The notes: generated by a model not told the origin, from the sequence alone. DNA of 64,000 nucleotides from a virus (IMGVR_UViG_3300021387_000529:90811-154810), one strand, 5' to 3'; positions 40,054-48,469 are shown, counted from the stretch's first letter. Numbers and translations are program-made.

Positions 40054-40677
40054 TTATGGATTGTTATCTTTTTTATACATTCTTGAAGGCACGAAGTTTG
40101 CTCCAGTATTATTATGTGGACAATGAACAAATTTGACAGTTGGTTCTTCATATGTAAACCTCGGGTCACAGAAATAGCTCGTGTTGAAAGATGATGTATT
40201 TCCATCAAATGAAACTTTCTTGTCAGGAATAACCAAAGAAATTGGATTGTCAGCAAAATAATTTCCCATTATTTGATAATTTAAGCTTTCCAAGTTCATG
40301 CATAAACTCCAAACAAGATTATGCTCATTTAGAGTCTTAATGATTTCAAGTTTTTTAGAAAATGGCGGATTAGACAACACTAAGTCTACATTTCCAATTG
40401 TCTTAATTCTTTCGAAAAAGTCACCATTTTCTTCTGAGATATGTGAATGTATCAGTTTAATATTTGTTCCAAACTTTTCTTTTAGAGCATAGACAAATTC
40501 AGACTCTTCAGTATCAAATGGACACCAAACTCGAGGTACAGGTTTGGTTGGGTTCCAGTTTGAATATAGCTTATCAATATAGCTTTCAACAAATGGCATT
40601 ATGACATCAACCAAAACTTTTGGTGTGTATAATTCGTCATTATCTCTTTTCATCGCTTTATTTAATGATGTTGGCAT
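40054..40677 (-). CDS. Phage adenine-specific methyltransferase-like protein
   Basis: DELYTPK, VWCPFDTEESEFV, GDFF, SNPPFSKK. Confidence 0.75.
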   Translation of the reverse strand: MPTSLNKAMKRDNDELYTPKVLVDVIMPFVESYIDKLYSNWNPTKPVPRVWCPFDTEESEFVYALKEKFGTNIKLIHSHISEENGDFFERIKTIGNVDLVLSNPPFSKKLEIIKTLNEHNLVWSLCMNLESLNYQIMGNYFADNPISLVIPDKKVSFDGNTSSFNTSYFCDPRFTYEEPTVKFVHCPHNNTGANFVPSRMYKKDNNP

Positions 40678-40690
40678 GAAGATTTAGTTT

Positions 40691-40721
40691 AAAGAAAAGA
40701 AAGGGACTCCGAAGAGTCCCT
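40691..40721 (-). terminator. Terminator with UUCG loop
   Basis: Minus strand AGGGACTC-TTCG-GAGTCCCT-TTCTTTT. Confidence 0.75.
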
Positions 40722-40815
40722 GTGAGTGTTTCGTCTCTTTGGGAAACACACAAACCCGAACATCCACGGCAAAAAATAAAACCGCCGCTTCAAAAAGACC
40801 ATGATTGTGGTCTCA

Positions 40816-40965
40816 TTATCTTTTAACAAACAACTTAAAACATGCAACTCCGACAATATTTCCAAGAGCGTTTCCAACAAGCGCATATGTTAACATTGGA
40901 CTTACTCGAAAAAGAGCTATTCCAACAAGAACTTCAACTGCAAGAACTGCCAAAGCTTTTCGCAT
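40816..40965 (-). CDS. Small hydrophobic protein (49 aa, MRKALAVLAVEVLVG...)
   Basis: GAGG RBS and its own repeated promoter. Confidence 0.6.
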   Translation of the reverse strand: MRKALAVLAVEVLVGIALFRVSPMLTYALVGNALGNIVGVACFKLFVKR

Positions 40966-40991
40966 GTTCGTTTCCTCTCATTTAGTATGAT

Positions 40992-41030
40992 TTACGAATA
41001 TAATATATGAGACTAATGGCAATTATTCAA
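40992..41030 (-). promoter_or_regulatory. Repeated sigma70-type phage promoter
   Basis: Minus strand TTGAAT-N17-TATATT...CGTAA. Confidence 0.8.
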
Positions 41031-41108
41031 AAAATAGTATAAAACCTATAAAAATTCCTATGAAAAAACCAATAAAGTTTACAAGAATTGAGATGACTTT
41101 AGCCTTCA

Positions 41109-41804
41109 TCAGAAGTGCCCAAACCTACAGAAAATTTTAATGTCACCATGCTCAAATTTAATATTCTTGTAAATGTCTTTATTGTTATAGCCGAAGTCTT
41201 TTGGAACTGAACGAACAACATCTTGAACAACTTGTGTATCTTCTTCACTTACAGGTTCTTCAAAATTAAAATATATGCAATCGCCTTCATAATAATGATG
41301 AATGATTTTTGGACCTTTTGCAATCTTATTATACAAGTATTCCCAAGTCTTTCCAAGCTTTTCAAGGAAATATGCATCACCATCTTCAGCTTGGCGATAG
41401 TCTGTTCGCATCAACTCATTTTGTTTGTGCCATGAGATTGCTGTTACTTTTCCATCTTGTGTAAGCGCAACTTTTAGATAAATATATTTTTTCTTTCCAT
41501 CTGGAAGTGGAACTGTTACAGAGAAAAGATAGAGCTCTTCATTTGGGTTGTTTCTGTTTTCAAGAACTGCAACCATATTTTTTGGCTGCAAAAATTTTTC
41601 AATAATCAATTTTGAAGTTTGTTCATTTATATGTTCTTCATGCATAAAGTCGAGATTTTTATCTCTGTTCAAAATCTTAAACTTATATCTTTTAATAGAG
41701 TCTTTAATACAATCAACAACTGCGCATGCTTCTTCATATGAATGATGACGAATTGGATTTACTTTAGTCTCTATTAAAATGCTTTCGAATAGTTGGCTGT
41801 ACAT
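41109..41804 (-). CDS. Protein with MqsR/RelE-like RNase domain (tentative)
   Basis: RDKNLDF...ELYLFS...YIYLKV...AISWH pattern. Confidence 0.5.
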   Translation of the reverse strand: MYSQLFESILIETKVNPIRHHSYEEACAVVDCIKDSIKRYKFKILNRDKNLDFMHEEHINEQTSKLIIEKFLQPKNMVAVLENRNNPNEELYLFSVTVPLPDGKKKYIYLKVALTQDGKVTAISWHKQNELMRTDYRQAEDGDAYFLEKLGKTWEYLYNKIAKGPKIIHHYYEGDCIYFNFEEPVSEEDTQVVQDVVRSVPKDFGYNNKDIYKNIKFEHGDIKIFCRFGHF

Positions 41805-41821
41805 TATAAATATTTAGTAAA

Positions 41822-41850
41822 AAAGGGAGCGTTTAGCTCCCTTTATTTTT
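41822..41850 (-). terminator. Terminator
   Basis: AAAGGGAGC-GTTTA-GCTCCCTTT. Confidence 0.7.
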
Positions 41851-42158
41851 TACTTTGTAGTTTCTTCTGTAATTGCTGTTGTTACCTTACCCTTCAATTT
41901 TTCAATAGCAGCTTTGAACAATTTCAAAACGAAATTGTAAGAAGTCTGTGTCAAACCAACAACACCAATTGTATTCATTACAATTTTAATTGGGTCGATT
42001 TTGAAAGCAATTCCATAAGCTACTGGAACTACTACAGCAAGACCAAGTGAAATTCCACTTGAAACACGTTTGTCAACATTTTCAGGAAGATAGTTTTTGA
42101 TTACTTCCATCAAACCAACTACTACAACAGAAATAAAACCAATGATTACATAGTCCAT
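41850..42158 (-). CDS. Holin-like small membrane protein
   Basis: About three hydrophobic helices with a charged C terminus. Confidence 0.55.
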   Translation of the reverse strand: MDYVIIGFISVVVVGLMEVIKNYLPENVDKRVSSGISLGLAVVVPVAYGIAFKIDPIKIVMNTIGVVGLTQTSYNFVLKLFKAAIEKLKGKVTTAITEETTK

Positions 42159-42207
42159 GTTTTTGATTTCTCCTATTAATGAATTTAGTGATTTTTAAAT
42201 TTCCCTA

Positions 42208-42282
42208 TATATTACTATAATTTAAAATCTATAGGGAAGTGTGGAACTGCTTACCCTTTTAAAGATTATTTAAACAGGTAAG
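42208..42282. repeat. Copy 2 of the dispersed two-hairpin element
   Basis: Shares blocks with 11911-11984. Confidence 0.85.
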
Positions 42283-42290
42283 CAAAAAGA

Positions 42291-42932
42291 TTAAATATTT
42301 TTATAAAGATTTTCATCTCCATATCCACAATGGTATTTCGCACAGCCATTGAAAATTACATCCTTTATAGCTTTTGAATTACTGTACTTAGCTTCACCAA
42401 CATGAACAACAATAGGTGAATTAGAATACCACCAAGGCAAATTTGGAACTAAGTCACTTCCATTTTCGAAGTTTTTAGAGTCATCTGTCATGTACTGGCG
42501 AATTGCACATGTTCCACGAGAGTCTTTAGCAACTCGAGGTGCGCCCCATGTAATGCATAAAACCTTCTTCTTGAAGTGCCAACCAATGTCTTCAACAGCT
42601 AACAAAGCCATAGCTCCACCAAGAGAATGGCCGAGAATAGTAAACTCATCGCCTTCTTGATAAAGCTCATAGCATTTATCCAAAACTTCATCACGACAAG
42701 AATAGTATGCCTTCTTAAAACCTGCATGGGCTTCCCAATCAGCTCCATCATAAGCAGCAACTTTTGACTGGAAAAAACATAAGTCTATCAAAGCGTCTTT
42801 GAAAGAATGTGTGCCTTCAAAGCGAACATATATTCTCTTTTCATTATTCATGCGCCATACTGCCCAATCAGCATCAGTTTCCTTTACCTTTATGTAATAT
42901 GGCTCATCTTTATATAATTTTGCGTAGTCCAT
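42291..42932 (-). CDS. Class 3 lipase (alpha/beta hydrolase)
   Basis: FEGTHS, AHAGF, GHSLGGA, TWGAPRV, DLVPNLP. Confidence 0.9.
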   Translation of the reverse strand: MDYAKLYKDEPYYIKVKETDADWAVWRMNNEKRIYVRFEGTHSFKDALIDLCFFQSKVAAYDGADWEAHAGFKKAYYSCRDEVLDKCYELYQEGDEFTILGHSLGGAMALLAVEDIGWHFKKKVLCITWGAPRVAKDSRGTCAIRQYMTDDSKNFENGSDLVPNLPWWYSNSPIVVHVGEAKYSNSKAIKDVIFNGCAKYHCGYGDENLYKNI

Positions 42933-42933
42933 T

Positions 42934-43221
42934 TTATTTGCCTTCTTCCTCTTCTTGAGCTTCAGCTTTATCGCTTTTTCTTTTTGGCTCAAATCCTTGC
43001 AAAGCTTTTGTTGTTGTTATAAATCCAGTAAGAATGCCAAGAAGCATTGCAACTGAACCATAAAAGCTGCTGTCAAGTGGTTTTCCAAGAAAATGGCCAA
43101 CAATTCCTGTAATAATTGTGATGAGGATTATCACAATGTCAAATTTGACAATAGACGCAAAGGCCCATCTTGTTGATGAGATTGAAGACTTGTCATCTGA
43201 AATTTCTCTGATTGTAACCAT
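42934..43221 (-). CDS. Two-TM holin-like protein
   Basis: SSTRW motif then two TM helices; AAGGAG RBS. Confidence 0.55.
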   Translation of the reverse strand: MVTIREISDDKSSISSTRWAFASIVKFDIVIILITIITGIVGHFLGKPLDSSFYGSVAMLLGILTGFITTTKALQGFEPKRKSDKAEAQEEEEGK

Positions 43222-43278
43222 ATATTTGTTCTCCTTATATAATTTAGTTTTTCGAATTAATATAATATTTATCGAATT

Positions 43279-43788
43279 ATGGACTTGACAAAAATAGGAA
43301 TAATTATTTTCGGTATATTTATAGCTTGGACTTTTTGTGGAATGCCAATTATTACAGCCCACAAAGTGAAAATAAACTTCACTGACCCAGATAGCCCATT
43401 GGCAAAAAAGCTTAGAGCAAAACGAATAGACCTTGACTTAAAATTTAACATTTTCCATGGCCTTAATGGTGTTAAAGCATCTTTAGATGAATTGGTCGCA
43501 CATAAAAATTTTTATGATTATGTGATAAACCATTTGAGAATTACAGACGCATCAAAGCTTGTAATATGTGAGTCTTTACGTTCATTCAAAGAAGTTTCAA
43601 AATATATGAAGAAAGGCAGAAGCTTTTATGAATGGAAGTTTTTTACAAATGGAAATGATAAATTGAAGACACTTCATGCTTTGTTAGATGAGCATATAAA
43701 GTGGTTTAATGAACTATATGAGCTTGAAACTGAATTGAAGAAAATCCGTATAGGATATGAAGAAGCTACTCACGAAAAAGTTGATTAA
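43279..43788 (+). CDS. Hypothetical protein with N-terminal TM
   Basis: 169 aa ORF. Confidence 0.65.
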   Translation: MDLTKIGIIIFGIFIAWTFCGMPIITAHKVKINFTDPDSPLAKKLRAKRIDLDLKFNIFHGLNGVKASLDELVAHKNFYDYVINHLRITDASKLVICESLRSFKEVSKYMKKGRSFYEWKFFTNGNDKLKTLHALLDEHIKWFNELYELETELKKIRIGYEEATHEKVD

Positions 43789-43810
43789 TGTATAATATAA
43801 GGAATTAAAA

Positions 43811-44911
43811 ATGGAACAGGAAGAAGACAAGACAGAAATCAGTGTAGAGATTTTAATGCGTCTTCAAGTTATTAGAACTAAACCAACAAAAGACCAGATT
43901 TTAATTAAATGTCTGAATGAAGCACATAATGACCATCATGCTTCAATGTCAGTGTCACTTAAAAAAGGCGTTTGCTATTGTTTCACATGTGGTTATTCAA
44001 AACCACTTACATCAATCTATTATGAGAGAACTGGAACATCTATATACAAAGACCTTGGAATGAATAGGCCAACGCACCAGCTTGGTTTTACTCGTAGGCA
44101 TAAACCAGACTACATCACTTATGAGCAATTACCTTCAACAGACTTCACTTTCAAAGGACAATTGCATCCTGTTCGCAATTCAGAATATGCTATAAATTGG
44201 GCCAAATCTCGTGGCTTTACACCTGAATTTTGTGAATTGAATGGCATCAAATTTACATCAAACAGCTTGACATATCAGACTTCTGACCCGAATAACAAAA
44301 AAGAAATGTCGTTCTTCTATAATTGTGTCATTATTCCAGTTTTCGAGAAGAACAGGTTGATTTCTTTTGAAGCTCGTGATACACTTGGAAAAGAAGCTTG
44401 GAAGCAAAGAATGCTCGCAGCTAAAAAAGACGTTGATGAAAAAGAATACAAAAAAGTATTATATCCAAAACATACGTCTATCAACACACTTTTCCAATAT
44501 GAGAAATTGGACACAGATAAAACCTTATACATTACAGAAGGTTTAATGGATATGTTTTCATTGCGAACTAATCCAGCTTTTAAGAATAGCTCGTGCATGT
44601 TCCATTGTAATCCAACACAACGTCAAGTTTACTTGTTGAAGAAGTTTAAGGAAATTGTTTACATCGTAGATAATGATGTTCCAGGATGGCGAGCATGTTT
44701 GAAGTTGATGGATGCTATTCCAGGTAAGGTTAAGTTTTTACGGCCACCAGAAAGAAAAGGAATAAAAGACATCAATGACATTCTTCAAGGAAAAGACCCA
44801 TATATTAAGTCTGTTGATGACCTCATCAAGATGGGTTGGATGAAAAAGATTTCAGATGATAAAAGCGTTCTCAATCTTTTAATTGAAGAAAAAACAAAAG
44901 AATTGAAATAA
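43811..44911 (+). CDS. DNA primase (Zn finger + TOPRIM)
   Basis: C..H.D..ASM..CYCFTCG; ITEGLMD; VDND; KDIND. Confidence 0.85.
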   Translation: MEQEEDKTEISVEILMRLQVIRTKPTKDQILIKCLNEAHNDHHASMSVSLKKGVCYCFTCGYSKPLTSIYYERTGTSIYKDLGMNRPTHQLGFTRRHKPDYITYEQLPSTDFTFKGQLHPVRNSEYAINWAKSRGFTPEFCELNGIKFTSNSLTYQTSDPNNKKEMSFFYNCVIIPVFEKNRLISFEARDTLGKEAWKQRMLAAKKDVDEKEYKKVLYPKHTSINTLFQYEKLDTDKTLYITEGLMDMFSLRTNPAFKNSSCMFHCNPTQRQVYLLKKFKEIVYIVDNDVPGWRACLKLMDAIPGKVKFLRPPERKGIKDINDILQGKDPYIKSVDDLIKMGWMKKISDDKSVLNLLIEEKTKELK

Positions 44912-44914
44912 TTT

Positions 44915-44953
44915 TTGAATATTTTAAAAATTTTTCATATATTATAAACGTAA
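44915..44953 (+). promoter_or_regulatory. Repeated sigma70-type phage promoter
   Basis: TTGAAT-N17-TATATT...CGTAA. Confidence 0.8.
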
Positions 44954-44978
44954 CAAACAATCAAACAGCGAGGTTACG

Positions 44979-45197
44979 ATGCAAAAACCAACAACACCAG
45001 AAATTATCATCAACTGGGGAAATCAATCACCAGAAAATGAGAAAGAATGGAAAGTTTGGGTTGCTGATATGATACGGTATGCCGTTCATAATACAGATGA
45101 AATCGACAACATCGCTCGAGATATTTTTGATGAGGTTCATCACGTTGGTTATACCGAAGGTTATGACTCATGTGAATGTGAAGGCGAGGGACTATAA
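44979..45197 (+). CDS. Hypothetical protein
   Basis: GAGGT RBS. Confidence 0.65.
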   Translation: MQKPTTPEIIINWGNQSPENEKEWKVWVADMIRYAVHNTDEIDNIARDIFDEVHHVGYTEGYDSCECEGEGL

Positions 45198-45210
45198 GGA
45201 CTAAATCTAT

Positions 45211-45609
45211 ATGGCAAAATTAACACCTTATGGAAAAGTTCTTGTGATGATGAGTGTCATTGACGAAAACTTCGCAAGAGTTTTTCTTCAAGCGACACCA
45301 TTACGTGAAGCAGTTCAAGCATCTATTGACTTAGATGACTTCACAAATCGTATAAACCAACTTCAAAGATATTCAACTTCTGTATTCAACAGTATCTCAC
45401 GTGATGAAGATGTTGATTTGGAATTTTTACAAAAAGAAGTAAACTGGAGTATTCAACAGTGCGATAAGAACTTGAAGCTTCTTGTTCCAACTGAGAATAA
45501 AACAGATACATTGCAGGTAACAAACGCGAAAACAGTTTTGCGATTGTTGATGAATTACCGGCAGGTTTTGGCAGCAATGTTGAACCGTATTAAAGTTCTG
45601 ACTAAGTAA
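45211..45609 (+). CDS. Hypothetical protein
   Basis: AAGGA RBS. Confidence 0.65.
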   Translation: MAKLTPYGKVLVMMSVIDENFARVFLQATPLREAVQASIDLDDFTNRINQLQRYSTSVFNSISRDEDVDLEFLQKEVNWSIQQCDKNLKLLVPTENKTDTLQVTNAKTVLRLLMNYRQVLAAMLNRIKVLTK

Positions 45610-45629
45610 TTTAGAAGGAGAAACAAAAA

Positions 45630-45833
45630 ATGTTGAGAGCGTATTTGACATTTAACGAGAACATTGATGCTGAGTCTTTAGCTGGCGACTTGAATGAAAT
45701 TGGCTATGATGCTGAACGTGAAGGTGACCAAGTTGCTGTTAATCTATCAGACATAAGTGAAGCAAAAAACCTTTTGGAAGAAATTTACAACGAAGATGAG
45801 GACATCATGTCTGTCAATTTCGTACGCCCTTGA
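45630..45833 (+). CDS. Small acidic protein
   Basis: AGGAG RBS. Confidence 0.65.
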   Translation: MLRAYLTFNENIDAESLAGDLNEIGYDAEREGDQVAVNLSDISEAKNLLEEIYNEDEDIMSVNFVRP

Positions 45834-45869
45834 AAAGGAGAGAAAAACTCTAAAACAGGTTGAAATAAG

Positions 45870-45989
45870 AGAAAAGAGAGGTGGAGCTGCTACCTGTTGC
45901 TGAAGGCTCCCATCCAACAACTACATGTCCCCCAAGTTGTTGGACGCTCTAGAACTTTCGGTTATGTACCGTTCTAGAGTGGCTTTTCT
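45870..45989 (+). ncRNA. Candidate four-way-junction structured RNA
   Basis: Four complementary stems visible by eye. Confidence 0.45.
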
Positions 45990-46012
45990 AAAAGTTAAAG
46001 GAGAAAAACAAT

Positions 46013-46165
46013 ATGCCATATGCTTCGTATGTTGATGAAATGGAAGATTTGTTTGGGTCTCTTGGCGACGATGCCAACAGTATAAATGAAGATGCGTATT
46101 CTTCAGAAGATGAAGTATTTTTGCACTTCGATGCTGTTGAAGAACTTTTAGATGAGACATTGTAA
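46013..46165 (+). CDS. Very acidic 50-aa peptide
   Basis: AAGGAG RBS; MPYASYVDEMEDL... Confidence 0.6.
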   Translation: MPYASYVDEMEDLFGSLGDDANSINEDAYSSEDEVFLHFDAVEELLDETL

Positions 46166-46172
46166 TTTATTT

Positions 46173-46550
46173 GGGGCATTCCTGGTTTCGACAGCTAGGT
46201 GATGTATCAAATGGTTCATGCACAGTGGTTATGACACCCTAAAAGTCAACGTAAGTAAACGACGCTAACTGTTACGAAGATGTTCGCATGGCTGCTTAGT
46301 CAGACTATGTGAATGTTGTTGGAGCAAAAAGACCCCAACCGTCAACTATCACAGGTGTTGGTAGTAAGATAGATTGGCGACACAACCACCATCTTGGAAA
46401 TCGTAGATGCGGAGCGAGAGCATGTAACGATAACGACAAAACTTGGGCAGAAACCGGTAGCTATCCCGAATCGAAAACTAGCTTAAGCATGTATAGAAGA
46501 CTATTTGTGAAAGTCTAGTATGGACATCGGTTCAATTCCGATATGCTCCA
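46173..46550 (+). ncRNA. ssrA: tmRNA, tag (A)DANCYEDVRMAA
   Basis: 5' GGGGCAT pairs with 3' ATGCTCC-A including G3:U70; GGTTTCGAC; T-arm ATCGGTTCAATTCCGAT; tag ORF 46261-46299 after the TAAAC resume motif. Confidence 0.93.
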
Positions 46551-46559
46551 CTCTAAGAT

Positions 46560-46910
46560 AAACTGCAAAACTTGCTGTTAATCTTAAAAATGAGGTATTT
46601 GGTTGTTCAGCTTCCTCACCAAAATAAAACAACCTGGTGGAGATTGGAAACCGTAAATACGGCATCCAGTTAAAAGCGGTCGGTTCGCCGAATGAAAAAC
46701 TCGATGACTTTGCTTACAATTGTGACCAAGGTTAGAGGCTCAAAAGTTAAACGTCTTGACACCGCCAAGATTGATACTTGCGAAGTTTCGGTACTTGTGA
46801 AGATGCCAGCTTCAATGGCTGGTAAGTAATGCCCATAAGTAGTTTGGGTGAGGTTGAGCTTCGCGCAAGGCTCTCAATGGAAGTTACCAAAATTAAGTAA
46901 AGACTTCCAA
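46560..46910 (+). ncRNA. Candidate structured ncRNA downstream of tmRNA
   Basis: Non-coding, raised GC, series of hairpins. Confidence 0.4.
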
Positions 46911-47033
46911 ATTTTTTGTGAAAAACTTGTTGAAGTTATGTTAATCTATTCAATGTAACATCAACTAAATAATAAAATTAAGTTGCATTTTTGGAGGTGC
47001 TACTAATTATTTTATAAGGAGAATTCATTTTCT

Positions 47034-47159
47034 ATGAGACAAACAACAACTTTATGGTTGACATTGCAAAATCCTCAAACTACTCAGAATGAAGATAGAA
47101 GAAGTCTCAATACACCAGATTTGTATAATGAAGATGAATATTACAAGAAGCGTTGCTGA
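47034..47159 (+). CDS. Putative Thr-rich leader peptide (41 aa)
   Basis: AAGGAG upstream; MRQTTTLWLT...; stop region pairs with the terminator arm. Confidence 0.5.
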   Translation: MRQTTTLWLTLQNPQTTQNEDRRSLNTPDLYNEDEYYKKRC

Positions 47160-47196
47160 TAAGAAAAATTACAAAATAAAATGTAATAAAGTTCTT

Positions 47197-47228
47197 AAAA
47201 GCAACCGCAAAAAACGGTTGCTTTTTTT
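47197..47228 (+). terminator. Terminator (attenuator) before the tRNA array
   Basis: AAAAGCAACCG-CAAAAAA-CGGTTGC-TTTTTTT. Confidence 0.85.
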
Positions 47229-47261
47229 ATGCTCTTTGACAATTTAGAGATTGGAAAACTT

Positions 47262-47343
47262 CGGGGAATGGCGGAATTGGTATACGCAACTGTCTCAAAC
47301 ACAGTCGCCGCAAGGATTGAGAGTTCAAGTCTCTCTTCCCCGA
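47262..47343 (+). tRNA. tRNA-Leu(CAA)
   Basis: Cloverleaf with long variable arm. Confidence 0.9.
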
Positions 47344-47349
47344 TTATAG

Positions 47350-47480
47350 ATTGCTAATGCAGTTACTGAGAGTTCCTTCGTGAAATGGTAAACACATTAG
47401 ACTGAAAATCTGACGCCTTTTAGGCTTGTGGGTTCGACTCCCACAGGAAATAAAAACCTCTTGGTGTTTTTCTTAGCAAT
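47350..47480 (+). ncRNA. Y-RNA-like handle RNA 1 (tRNA-Phe(GAA)-like cargo)
   Basis: ATTGCTAA/TTAGCAAT, TGCAG, ACTGAGAG/CTCTTGGT, TTCCTTC; internal D, anticodon and T arms. Confidence 0.7.
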
Positions 47481-47486
47481 TTTTAT

Positions 47487-47560
47487 GCTACCTTAGCTCT
47501 TAACGGTAGAGCACATGACTTGTAATCTTGGGGTTGTGGGTTCGAATCCCTCAGGTAGCT
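47487..47560 (+). tRNA. tRNA-Thr(TGT)
   Basis: Cloverleaf. Confidence 0.9.
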
Positions 47561-47743
47561 TACAAAGAGTTAACATGCACTCTTCAAAAAAAGCTGCGGT
47601 GACTCCATACCGAAATATGGTTGGCGCATCCCAAAGTGCACTATGCGTCATAAAACGGGCGGTTAGTGAAGCAGAAACCGTATAAAAATAGCTATTCTGC
47701 TTTTCGTAGGGTTTTGCATGCTTAAAAATCTTACAACTTTCAT

Positions 47744-47817
47744 GGGGCTATGGTGGAGTTGGTTACCACGCCTGCCTGTCACGCAGGAGGTCGCGAGTTC
47801 GATTCTCGCTAGTCCCG
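47744..47817 (+). tRNA. tRNA-Asp(GTC)
   Basis: Cloverleaf. Confidence 0.92.
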
Positions 47818-47820
47818 AAT

Positions 47821-47954
47821 AAAAACCAAAAGCAGTTGCAAAGAGTTACTTCGCAAATCGGTAATGCATTTCACTGTTAATGAAAAATTGGCTGGTTCAA
47901 CTCCAGCAGTAAAAGCCTTAAATGGTTACCTCTTTGTTCTATTCTTTGGTTTTT
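47821..47954 (+). ncRNA. Y-RNA-like handle RNA 2 (tRNA-Asn(GTT)-like cargo)
   Basis: AAAAACCAAA/TTTGGTTTTT, AGCAG, GCAAAGAG/CTCTTTGT, TTACTTC. Confidence 0.7.
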
Positions 47955-47958
47955 TCTT

Positions 47959-48031
47959 TGGGCCGTCGTCAAGTGGTAAGACCCGGGAATTTGGATCCCG
48001 TATTCCGCAGGTTCGAATCCTGCCGGCCCAG
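47959..48031 (+). tRNA. tRNA-Gln(TTG)
   Basis: Cloverleaf, U1-A72. Confidence 0.9.
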
Positions 48032-48036
48032 CTATT

Positions 48037-48283
48037 AAAAAGTGGCACAGGAAAACGTCCTGTGTTAACACGATAGGCAGTGAGGTTAAGAAATAAGCCT
48101 TCTTAGGAGTTCAAGCGAAACTGCAGTCACTTGTTCAACCGACCTTGCTGTAGGACCCCGATGAGTTGCAAATCTAGGGGATAAGGTACACCCTGTTATT
48201 AGAAGTGAGCTTACGTAGCAAGAGTCTTCTCGAAAGCGTGATAGTGCGTGGCCACGCTGAAGAAACATCATGTGTCACTTTTT
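48037..48283 (+). ncRNA. Candidate ~245-nt structured ncRNA
   Basis: Ends pair: AAAAAGTGGCACA/TGTGTCACTTTTT. Confidence 0.45.
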
Positions 48284-48288
48284 ATTAT

Positions 48289-48360
48289 GGCCGCCTCGTC
48301 TAGTGGTTAGGACGCGAGGTTTTCATCCTTGTAACAGCAGTTCGATTCTGCTGGTGGCTA
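48289..48360 (+). tRNA. tRNA-Glu(TTC)
   Basis: Cloverleaf. Confidence 0.9.
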
Positions 48361-48366
48361 AAATAT

Positions 48367-48463
48367 AAAATGTTTTAATGCAGTGTTAAACGGTTACTTC
48401 TACTTTTCTTTTCAGGAAAAATATAGGATATACCAACCGTTTTCGTTTTTCTTAAAACATTTT
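48367..48463 (+). ncRNA. Y-RNA-like handle RNA 3 (minimal cargo)
   Basis: AAAATGTTTTAA/TTAAAACATTTT, TGCAG, AAACGG/CCGTTT, TTACTTC. Confidence 0.65.
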
Positions 48464-48469
48464 TTATAT

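Noticed and set aside
391-45651. Numerous antisense and alternate-frame ORFs in the track
   Set aside because: They overlap better-supported genes that have RBS and operon coupling
47373-47450. Conventional tRNA-Phe (and tRNA-Asn at ~47850-47900)
   Set aside because: Acceptor stems are incomplete and embedded in the handle structure, so they were treated as Y-like RNAs
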